From: Macrostomum hystrix
Taxonomy: Eukaryota; Animalia; Platyhelminthes
Assembly: GCA_950097015.1 (NCBI GenBank)
Contig: CATNEN010000024.1
Span: 1,860,001 to 1,924,000, forward strand
Reading direction: 5' to 3'
Length of the DNA: 64,000 nt
The first letter of the stretch is position 1; the number at the start of each line of letters is the position of its first letter. The translations under genes were made by a program, and so were the position numbers. Shown here piece after piece: positions 12,101-23,146 of this stretch. The notes beneath the pieces are model-generated. The model did no database searches. It was given only the letters and a program-made list of their open reading frames with translations, and was not told where the DNA came from.

Positions 12101-15100
12101 AAATGTCCTAAAATGGATGACCTAAGGCCTAACAAATTACACGTTCTTTCCTACCCATTCGCAGGCGGTCGAGACTACACACAAACGGGTAAGAAGCAAT
12201 GCATTAAGAATTGAAATGGCCCTAATGAGCAGCCATGGTGCACATCTACTCACTCCGATTGTGGCCTTAATTCCCAGGCATCGAGTCGTCTGGCATTTCG
12301 CTGTCCTGCAAGGGCTTCTTCATGCCTGGCAGTGGCTACTACATTCTGCGTGTCAAGTCCTGGCGCGGTGACACACCTGAGAACTACGGCTTCCGCATGG
12401 TCTACCTGGCAATCAACGACGTACCAAGTGTGTCCTCGCTAACGGTGACTGTGACGCCGAGTCAGGGCATGGCACTGCGAGACAGATTCCAGATCGAGTG
12501 CTCGGGTGCCTCGGACTCGGACGCTCCCCTCACTTACACCATCGGCTACTCACAGCTGCCCAGCCCTAGCAACATGCAGGAGTGCTCGCCAGTCGCGATC
12601 TGTGAGTTTTCCATGAACATTGAAGCTCCCAGTGAGTCGTATGTCAGATCAGTCCCTCGTTGGTCTCGTTTTCAGCTACTTTAGCGCTCAACTCCTCCAT
12701 TCCAGCTGAGACCGCGTGCCGACTACCCGATACGAAGCTCTTGCCACCTGGTCTCGCTTTCATTGGCTACCGCCTGTCCATTTGCATCCTCGTGACCGAT
12801 TCCAGTCAGGCCTCCAGCTTTGCCACATTCCAGTCTGTGACGGTACATCCAAACACCATCCCATCGATGAGCGCACTGAACAATGACCTCACTGAGATTG
12901 AGAGCTCCAGCGCTCTTGGAAATGTCAATCAACTCACTGGTGCAGTCCTTCCGATTCTGGCCGTTCTCAACTCAGCCTCAGCTGGAACGACTTCTACATC
13001 TGCCGGCACAACAACTAGCGCAACCATGGCAACCTCTATCAGTGAGGCTTCGAGTCTAGCTGAAAAGAGTACTTTCAGCACAATGACAACTACTGCAACA
13101 ACTGGGGCCTCTACTGTCAGTACTGCCTCATTGGAGACATCAGCGAGCTTTGGCAACATCACGGCGACAGTCAGTTCAGCCACTGTTATCACAGCTTCTG
13201 ATGGTCTCACTCTGACTGAGCGTGTGACCTTGCGCAACAAGCTGGTGGATTACATCACTACTACCGTGGAGAACATGCTAAATACTGTGCCAGCTGCAAC
13301 ACAGCTGAACAACATCATTCAGGCGACGGCAATGTACAGCTACGCAACCGCAGTGGAGAAGGAGCTTACGCCTCAGGGAATCGATCGAACGTCAAAAGGC
13401 CTCTCACTCATCAGCCAGGGTCTTCAGTCTGCAGTCAAGGAGGAGACGGTCACATTTGACAGTGTGGAATCGGCTACGATAAATTTCATGCGAGTTGCCA
13501 GAAATATCTTGAAGCCGGCGGTCAGCAACCTGAAGGAGATCAGCGTCTCAGATCCCTTCAACGGAACATCAACAGAAACAAAGAAGCAGCTCTCACAATC
13601 CGCTCTTGACGTGATGAAGTCGATCGAGGACTGTGGGAAGGCGGTGGCTCAAAAGATGGTCAATCGTGAGGGTGACACAGTGATGCAGGCCGAATCCCTG
13701 GTGTTGAACGTCCGACGAAACCAGTCGAAAGACATGGGAGACTGTGAGTCCGTTGCTCATGCACTGGATTAAGCATTTGCAATATTCAGCCTTTTTCCTC
13801 CTGATGTCTAACATGATTTTGATTTCACTTAAAGAAATCGAATACACCCAGGTATAAAAAAATACTAAAAGCGAACAATACTGGTAGGCTATGTTTTTCA
13901 TGCCGATACTTGTAATTATCTGTTCTGGTGCTTTGTTTTGCAAACCATTTAAGAAATAACTTTCATTTGTGCAGTGAAAATGACGATTCGCGATGGAAGC
14001 AGCAGCGAATGCAGCTACTTTCGAACCGGTCAAAACGCTAATTCCCAGGGCGACACAGTTTTTCAGGAGCCTGATCCAACATATCCCGGTAGGACTAGGG
14101 CCGCTCAGACTGTTGTGACGACGGTGCGTAAGACATTGTGTACTTTCACAAACTACCTTTGATGGAATTCCAAAATATTTCCCAACGAAATTTCTACGAT
14201 GAGAAAATAGCTCGTAAATAAATAAAGTGTGGATCTTGCGTGTGCACTTCTTCTAGTTGACGTAGAACTCGCAAGAACTCGCATGAAGTTCTTCCAGCGC
14301 CATAAAGACTGAGACACTGCATACGAGAAAGAAATACGAGTAAATGAAAAATATTTCACAAGTAAACACTGCCTTTTTTAATTGTCAACACGGAAACTAT
14401 GACCCATTTAAAATCTTGAGTCAGGCAGTAGAAATTTTATGTCACGAAAACCAAACGAAGCAAACGTTTTTTCGCACAGATGATCAAGAGCGACCTGAAC
14501 GCTTACCAACTGGTCACTCCAAGTGACGCGAGTCCCAGCTACTCCTACTCGATGAGCATGATGAACGAGAACTCGCAGGAGTTCAACGTCACAGACCTGA
14601 ACGACAATTCTTGGGTGGAGATGCGGATGCTTCGCAAGGTCAGCGCCAGCGCACTCACTGAGGTCTACCTGCAGGCCGGACCGAAGTCGGACAACATGAG
14701 GAAGCACGTCATCACGATCAGTAAGGGCTCGTCCCTCTTTGTCAAGGCGGAGCGCTACGTCAACTACCGCAGTCTCGCTAGCAGCAGCAGCGTACCAACC
14801 GACGCGTTCGAGATTCTGATTTTCCTGCGGAAGGATGGTACACCGTCCGAGAAAAACTATGACCACCTGTGCCAGCTGCCCCCTCTCCGGCCCCGAGTGG
14901 CCTGCGGTCCGCCCAGTCGGACTGTTGATCAAGCCATCGACTCGAACTACACAATGCGGCTGTGCAACTGCACTAAAGCTGCTGATGGACGCTTCACCAA
15001 CTGCGTGTCCGTAGGAGAAGCTTCTGGGCTGTCACTGAGGTCTGAGGCTGGCTGGGAGACGGCCCACTGTCAGTGCATGTCCGGTCACTGCTTTCGTCTT

Positions 15101-18100
15101 GGTTCCTGCTCAAGTGCTGAGCAGTTGCTACCGGATCCGTGGACCTGCTTCTTCCCGAGTGACACGCTCGGCTCGTAAGTGCCTCGCGCGTCAGTCCACT
15201 TGTGATTTGCGCTGAGTGTTGGCTTGCGTATAAACTCGAGCATGCTTTGTGAGATGTTAAGAAAACAAACACCTCTTAATTTAGAAGTAACTCTGTAGTA
15301 GAGTTGATTGGCTCAATGCTAATTCGAAGATGATCGGAAATTTCACAGGCGCGAAGCAAGGCAGAAGTGGCGCTTCGGGGTTCGGATGCTGCGGATTCCC
15401 GCCAGCGGCAGAGTGAAGTTCAGCGACACGTCCGTCGGCAATCCGACTGGGAAGCTGGAAATCAAAAAGAATCTCTACATTCAAGCTGAAGTGAAGCTGT
15501 CCCACTTCCTGTCGGCATGTAACTACGTCAATCTGAAGGCGTTTCAGTTGGATAAAACCGGCTTGTATGTGAGTTGGCTAGCAAGCGCAGGGCTGGATCG
15601 AAACAGAGTGACTTCTGTGAATACTCCAATGAAATCAATAGATTTAAATAAGTAAATCGGTGACCCACCGCTTCAGGAGGGCCAGTGCTCGACTCCGACC
15701 ATGCTGCACTGCTACTCGCGTCACCTGACCTCCTTCATGGCGAACTTCTACGTGCCGCCGATCGATTTCGACCCAGCTGACTCGAGCTGGCTGCGGCTGG
15801 ACACAAATCCCATCGCGTTTGCGCTGGCCATCGCAGTCGTCTGCCTGTACCTGATCATCCTGGTCTGGGCTCGGCGCAAGGATGAGCGTGACCTCATCCA
15901 GGTCGGCATTGTGCCGCTCATCGACAACTACCCAGCTGATCCGTACAGGTATTGCCACTGCTCATTCTCAGTAGAGCATGTTTTTCTGTAACTCTGGACG
16001 ATTTTTCATAAAAGCATCTTTCAAAATGTCTAATGCACCAGCCCTCGATATAATTTGAGAATACAATGGGACCTCTTCAAGTAGTCTATCTTATTTGATT
16101 GTTGACATTGATTGTCTGCAGATTGCATTAAGTCGCTATGATATTGTCCAGATACGAGCTGACATTCTGGACGGGCAACCAGAGAGGCGCCGGCACCACG
16201 GCGAACGTCTGCTTCATTCTGACGGGCGAGAACTGCGAGTCCGGACGACGGCCGCTCAACACGCCCTTGCGACCCGTCCTGTCAAAGGGCAGCGTTGACA
16301 CCTTCTACATGACCACACCGCATGGTCTGGGACGCCTCACCCACCTGAGGATCTGGCACGACAACAGCGGCTCGGATCCCTGCTGGTACTTGAGCCGGGC
16401 CATGGTTGTGGACCAGCAGACTGGGGACAAGTACCACTTCCTGTGCAACAGGTGGCTCTCCTGCGTGGAGGACGATGGCATGGTGCGGAGGGGCTGTTGT
16501 TACTTCTTGCGTTGGGAAATTAGCTTGGAACTGAAACTCGTCGATTCAGACATTTAGAGAATACGTAGAGAACTCGTAGAGAAAACGCGGGTAGAGTTGT
16601 CGATGTCGATGAAATTCCCTTGATCCATCATTCAATTTGTCACCGTTCCAAATATTTCCTCCAGGTAGAGCGCGTGTTCTCAGTGGCCTCTCCAGAGGAG
16701 CTGCGCGCATTCAATGTCGTGTTTTGGAGCAAGGCCCACGCCGGTATGCGTGACGGCCACCTGTGGCTGTCAGTGGTGACCAGGCCGGTGCGAAGCCGCT
16801 TCACACGAGTGCAAAGAGCCACGGCCTGCTTGGTGCTGCTCATGAGCACAATGATGGCTAACATGATGTACTATGACCAGAGTCAGTACGTCGAGAGCCC
16901 TCGGATTGTCGAGATCGGCCCTGTACGACTCACACTACACAGCCTCTACGTTGCCACGGTGTCAACGCTGATCATTTTGCCGATAAACCTGCTGATCATA
17001 GTGCTGTTTAAGCACCGCAGGGTTCGACACAGCGTCAAGAGCAGCGCGGCCTCATCCGCACCGACTGCAAGAGCTCTGCGAGAGCAGTCTGCGGGCCAGC
17101 AGAGCCTCAGACGTGAGCTGCTACTGGCCATGTACATCGAATTCGACGCAGGCGACGACTACTGGAAGCCCGACGTGCCACCAGTCGATCCGACGAAGCC
17201 TTTGACGCCGGCTTCCGCTCGATCAGCGGCCGAGACTGCGGCATTCCCGCAGACGGAGGAACTGACGCTCAGCGAGTCTCAAGAGGAGGCTGTGGAACAA
17301 CCTGAGCAGTCGTCCAGTTGCTGTAATCGTGTCATCTCCGTTGTCTGGCCGCTGCCTTGGTGGTCGCACTTTGTTGGCTACTTTCTGTCGTTCGCCAGTG
17401 TCGCAGTGTGCGTCTACCTCATGGTGGAGTTCGGCGGCGTCCTTGGAGAGAAAAAGACATGCGAGTGGCTTGCAGCCATGGCGGTCACGGTGCTGGAGTC
17501 CGTGCTTCTGGTCCAGCCAATCAAAATCGTCTTGGCCATCCTGTTCTACGCTCTGATCTTTGGCCGCGTCAGCGAGGACGAGGACGAGATGATGCAGGAG
17601 CTGGAGGAGCGCGGCGTGCCGAAGGTCCATGAGGTGGTGCCGCTGCGAGACGTCACAGACCTGCAGGCGATGAGGCAATTCCTGAAGTCACTGGCAGTTC
17701 CGGCTGCACCAAAGCCGCACATTCTAGAGCAAATGCGGAAGCAGAGGTGAGTGGTATTGCTGCTCAGGAGGCATTGCGTTTAAGATGCATTGAACATTGC
17801 TATGAGCGTAGATTAGCTCGAAGGTACAAGTGTATATATTGCAGTTACTCAGCTTGATCATAAACGAATTTTTAGCTCCTTTTCGTTTTCAATACGATAG
17901 CAGCATGCAAATATTATTTCCGATTTTCACTCCTGCATGATCCAGACTGAGAGAGAAGCAGCTGGACGCCATGCTCAGGGACGCAGCTTTCTATCTCATC
18001 TTTCTGATAATTATCGTCCTGATGGCCTACACCAACCTAGACGAGAGAGCCTACCTGCAGAACTCCAGCTTGCAGGGCATGCTGCTCAACGGGAGTCACC

Positions 18101-21100
18101 TGGCCACTTCGAGGATGCACAGAAATGAGATTTACTCGGCTGACCAGGTAAAAATCAGCGCCGACTTCTGGAAGTACCTGAACAACACCGTCCTTCTGAC
18201 GCTTTACCCTTCGGAGTGTTACAACGGCAAGGCCTGTGCAATGCTGACTGCGGGGCTGGCCGCAGATTTTGCCGGCTTTTTGTTGCGGCAGCCGCGTCTG
18301 CGGCAGCTGCGTTTGAAGCCTGAGGCCACGTGCCACGCGCCCAAGGTGTTTGCGGATATGGTGCCGAGCTGCATAAAGGATTACGAGATGCTGGAAGATG
18401 ACGAGCGCTCATATCTGCCAGGTTGGGTGCTTCGCAACGGAACAGGTAGGTGCAGCAAGCAAAACCTTTGTATCTGTTATTTCAGGAATCGAACCCGCAT
18501 CCCACTGTACGGAACATCAAACGCCACCCAATCCGATCACCGACCGCAGCGGATGCCGCCTACCCGGAGTGGAACTACACAAGCGCCCTGGAGTCTCTTG
18601 GCGTTCCGTTGTCGGGTCTGCTCGCCACCTACGCAGGTGGCGGCTACAGCGCCTACCTTGGTGACTCGCGCCTGAGCGCTGCCAGCGTCATCGCAAACTT
18701 GTCCTCGCAGAACTGGCTTGATCGGCAGACGCGCGGCCTGTTCTTGGAGCTTCTGCTGTACAACCCGGGCAGCAACTTGTACACCTACGTCAGCGTGCTG
18801 TTCGAGGCTTTCCGAGGCGGTGGCTTCGTGGCAAACCCAAGCGTCCACACTTTGCGGCTGGACCGATATGGTGGACCAGAGGCGCTGCTCTACGCTCTGC
18901 TCGACATCGTCACTCTCCTGCTGGTGATCGCCTTCATCATCAAGGAACTTCGGTCTCTGTATCGTCAGCGCTGGGGCTACTTTCAGGTCAGGGGCTCTGA
19001 ATATTTCAACTCATTCTCGACAAAAGTTTGCTTGCAGTTTGCTTTAGTAAAGTTAGTTTCTAACAGTCGATAGTCAAATTTGGCATGTACCTTCTTTCAA
19101 ATGCTTGACTTAATGCAGCTTTCACCGAATTCTGATTGCAGAGCTCATTCAAGTATCTGGACCTGTGCCTGATGCTGTTCTGTACAGCGGAGGTGGTTTT
19201 ATACCTGGTGAAGATCGCAGTACAGCAGGCTCTAATCAGCTTCATGCAGGCCAACCCCGTCAAGTTCATCGACTTCCAGTGGCTGGTGCTGTACGAAGAG
19301 GTTTGTGCCGTTTGTACCTGTTAGCACGCTGCTTATTCATGACTATGTGCTCTTGTGCCTGACAAACTGAGACAGCATCTTTAGTCCGCATACCTGTCTG
19401 CCCCCGGTGACACATTGACCAGTCCACGATACGCACCAAATTCTCATATTTAAATGTCCAAGTACTTTACAACTGTGTCAGGTGATGTACTGATCTATTA
19501 GAAAACTAGCTATTATCCAGCAATGTGTTTTTTACATTTGTTTGTGCAGCAAGATGCGCTTGAGATGCTGTGAGATGCCAGATGCTTCTAACTGCAGTTT
19601 TTCATTGAGAATTTGTTCATCACTTTAATCCCCAGATCAACCAGGTGTTCATCGGTGTGATCGTGTTCATCTTCACCGTTCGCTTCCTGCGCGTGCTGAG
19701 CTTCAGCCGCCGCATGGTGCTGCTGGTTGAGGTGCTGAGGACTGCCGCAAAGCCACTGCTGACCTTCGCAGTGATGTTCGGCCTGCTGTTCCTGGCATTC
19801 GTGCAGGCCGGCTACCTAATGTTCTACGGCACCGTCCGCGAGTTCCGCAGCTTCGCCACGGCTGTGGAGGCCCTCAGCATTCTGGCCACCAGTGAGGAGA
19901 CGTGGGAGAGGCTTTAGCTAAATACTGAAGTATGATCCAGACATCACAGAATTTTTTAGCGGGAAGACCGAATGGCAAAGTCGATAGGCTTGAAATAGCC
20001 AGTTTACAAATCCTGTTCACCTGCAGACTGCATGCAGTTTATAAATCCTGTTCACCTGCAGACAGCATGCAGTTTACCAATCCAGTTCACCAGCAGACAG
20101 CATGCCAATCCAGTTCACCTGCAGACAGCATGCAGTTTACAAATCCTGTTCACCTGCAGACAGCATGTAGTTTACAAATCCTGTTCACCTGCAGACAGCA
20201 TGCAGTTTACCAATCCTGTTCACCTGCAGACAGCATGCAGTTTACAAATCCTGTTCACCTGCAGACAGCATGCAGTTTACAAATCCTGTTCACCTGCAGA
20301 CAGCATGCAGTTTACAAATCCTGTTCACCTGCAGACAGCATGCAGTTTACAAATCCTGTTCACCTGCAGACAGCATGCAGTTTACAAATCCTGTTCACCT
20401 GCAGACAGCATGCAGTTTACAAATCCTGTTCACCTGCAGACAGCATGCAGTTTACCAATCCTGTTCACCTGCAGACAGCATGCAGTTTACAAATCCTGTT
20501 CACCTGCAGACAGCATGCAGTTTACAAATCCTGTTCACCTGCAGACAGCATGGAGTTCAAGAATCTGTTCTCGCACGGAGGGGACGGTCTGGCCAAACTG
20601 TTTTTCTTCGCCTTCATGTTGTTCGTGTGTTTCATCATGGTCAACGTGTTCGTGGCCATCATGATCAACTCGTTCCGCTGCGTCCGACAGAACTGGCACT
20701 CGGACCCGGAGAAGTTCGAGCTGGTGGAGCACGTGTCCCGCCGAGTCCGCTGGCTGCTCGGCTGCTCGGCCAGGCACGGCCACCTGCGCCACGTGGACGC
20801 CGACTTTCACTACCGCGAAGGTTATTATAGTTATATTGCTTTGATTATTATTGCTTTTATTATAGTTATATTGCTTAAGGCAATATTCGTGGATTCGCTT
20901 GAACCAGACAGAAATGTACAAGATGCTTGCACATGAGTCTTTTTTTATATTTAGCTAGACTTTTAAAATACCACTTTTTTTAAAGCGATCGATATTTCAA
21001 CCAACGAGGAGCCCAGCCAATCAGACGCAAGAAAAGTACGTACATGTCAATCAGCCTTCTCACAGAGTTGCTAAATCTATACAGTAGAGTGTATAATGAA

Positions 21101-21395
21101 AATGTCAAGAGCCTATTTTCACGAAAACGGCCCTTTTAGGGGCCACCAATAGAACGACATAACGATTATCATATTTGATGATGTCGATTTGCGGCTGTGC
21201 GCGTGAAGAATGATATGATAAACTTTTTTTTCAATTCACTGCATGCTAACAGGCAACGAACAAGTTGACGAGGACTTCGAGGAGCTGAAACTGCGCATCC
21301 TGCAGATGGAGGTCATTCTTGGCACAGCCAACGCGCAGTGGAAGGGCCACGTCAATGACGATGGCACGGAGCCGCGGCGCAAGATCTACATATGA
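3149..21395 (+). CDS. PKD1L: Polycystin-1-like (PKD1/REJ family) 11-TM receptor/channel subunit, 24 exons, about 3610 aa
   Basis: Phase-consistent GT-AG exons: 3149-3224, 3909-4050, 4251-4456, 5462-5632, 6217-6471, 6634-6800, 7263-7932, 8026-8255, 8333-11076, 11361-11620, 12278-12601, 12676-13743, 13975-14123, 14480-15174, 15349-15568, 15677-15948, 16152-16482, 16665-17746, 17946-18445, 18550-18986, 19142-19300, 19636-19891, 20545-20820, 21253-21395 (sum 10833 nt = 3611 codons). Domains: signal peptide MALVQPSKYTQLVLLLLCAWLAQTTA; WSC-like CLMTCRQMDYSYAVYTNQSCQCS; PKD repeats (VDFGDG, WNFTDG, WNFGD, YNVTAVVENQVS); REJ; GPS with HLTSF; TM1; PLAT (TGNQRGAGTTANV, RIWHDNSG, FLCNRWLS); RFTRVQRATAC; TOP (YAGGGY, NWLDRQTRGLFLE); channel TMs; C-terminal coiled coil. 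A few splice choices (exon 5 start, exon 8 end, exon 20 start) are ambiguous. Confidence 0.93.
4480..5430. repeat. Intronic minisatellite, 15-bp unit CATCCCATCATCTCA (4870-5430), preceded by three degenerate ~140-bp copies
   Basis: Direct inspection; produces the spurious (MGCEM)n ORFs on the minus strand; lies in intron 3 of the PKD gene. Confidence 0.95.
20000..20552 (+). repeat. 35-bp minisatellite (CCTGTTCACCTGCAGACAGCATGCAGTTTACAAAT), about 16 copies, overlapping the 3' splice site of PKD exon 23
   Basis: Period 35 (CACCTGCAG at 20221 and 20256); the last copy supplies the acceptor CCTGCAG|ACAGCATG at 20544/20545 and the first bases of exon 23. Confidence 0.92.
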
Positions 21396-21566
21396 GCGAG
21401 CTTGGCAAAACGATTACAATTTTCGGAACGGCACAATTTATCTGCTTTGCAGAGTAGCCCGATGAACTTAGAGGATAGGCTCCTGTCGTTTTATTCTTAT
21501 TTAACTAGACCTATCAAAACCAAATACCAGCCGGCAACCTTTGATTGATCTTTATTCGTTAATCTA

Positions 21567-21572
21567 AATAAA
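21567..21572 (+). promoter_or_regulatory. Candidate polyadenylation signal of the PKD gene
   Basis: AATAAA about 170 nt downstream of the TGA at 21393-21395. Confidence 0.4.
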
Positions 21573-23079
21573 AAATATATAATCTTCGAAATCTATGTCA
21601 TGAGGTACTAATAACCCATGGAAGTCTTTTTGTAGTTTTCACAGTTAGAACCTATATAGCATCGAAGCTAAATAAACAAAAAAGACTGAACACACTAGTT
21701 AAGATAGAGTTATTTACTCTGTTAGCACCAAATACGAGCGTAAGAACTGGCTTGCAGCCAATAGCAACCAAAACTACGCTCGTACATGGTCAGCTAGCTT
21801 CTGCTAGTCTTCAAACTTAAAAAATTACTACTTTTTTTCTAGTTTTCTCTCCATTTCTGTTAGTTTCTGTTAGGTTATTTACTGATATCGTGCAAATATA
21901 AGGTTTATTTTCTATCCTAATATTCTCTATCCCAGCATTGAAAAACTTATCCCTGTCGCGACTTAATTTAGTCTTTTATAAACTACGGGGGCTGTTGCCA
22001 ATAAGAGAGAGGTGATGACTGCTTTGCGCAGATACCAACTTATTCCTAAGACTTCGGCTGTTATGTAGAGCCATTTAAGTCTAATTAAAATAGCTCTAGA
22101 ACCGTCACAAAGTCTATTGTTGAAAAACTGTTTTAAAAAGCTATAAACACATGTCAGATGTCACTACTTAAAGCATGAAACAACGAAACTCTACCTAATG
22201 ACTCGGGTTATTTTTAGATACGCATAAGTGGTGAATAAGGCGATCTACGGCTATAACACCGCTAGTCACAAAACCGACCTTATCGATTATGGACTTAATA
22301 GATGGATTCAAACACACCATTGATTGATTGAGTGACTAGAACTCTCTTTCTGAATTAAGTAAAACACACAATTTAAATATAATGTAATATTTAAATGAGT
22401 ATTATTGAAATCACAAATTTTGAGGACAACAAGAATAATGAAAGTCGTATAATTGTATAATATATTTACTTGAAAAAATCAACCACCAAAAATGTAATCA
22501 AAGCAATTGAAACCGTCGAGGGAAGATATTGATAATACAGAGTCTATAAAGCGTAACGAGGCGTAACAAAACTGGTACTGACGCTGGACAAAGGAAGACG
22601 GCAATATAGAGCCTCACTGAGTAACATGAGTGGGCAGTTAATAATATGCAGGTTAATAAAAGGTCGAAATGGCGAATACGTAGATGAGTAACGCATTAGC
22701 AAAATGTTCTCGATGCATCGCTAAGTAGAAATAAAACCAAAAACGTTGACCGCCACCAGAGCGCTATATTAAGAATCTCTACACAAACTGACTAGACTGA
22801 ACTGGCAAAGATACTGATAAAAAATATTGCTAGGTGTAAAAACAGTTGCACAAAATGCTTTGTATAAAAAATCACTAATTACAACTTCGCGCATGTTAGT
22901 TAGATTGAAGAAAATGTGAGGAACAATAAATATCGACTAGATAAAATTCCGACAATTAACTCTCAACCAACAGCTGATTGTGTGTACAATTCAAGCGCAA
23001 TGCCTGGATGTCTGGTTCGCTATGATGCTACAATGAGTAGATTATCATTTGTTTAGTTGCTTGAATGTTAATTTTATAA

Positions 23080-23085
23080 TTTATT
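23080..23085 (-). promoter_or_regulatory. Candidate polyadenylation signal of the TMEM45 gene
   Basis: AATAAA on the minus strand about 60 nt downstream of the stop at 23147. Confidence 0.45.
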
Positions 23086-23146
23086 TAAACTAATTGGTCA
23101 AGCTGCAATTCATGTCAAAATGTTATTGTTTAGCAGACATTTCCAT

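Noticed and set aside
21733-21784. 10-bp inverted repeat TACGAGCGTA / TACGCTCGTA
   Set aside because: Isolated short hairpin with no TSD or second copy; compatible with chance.
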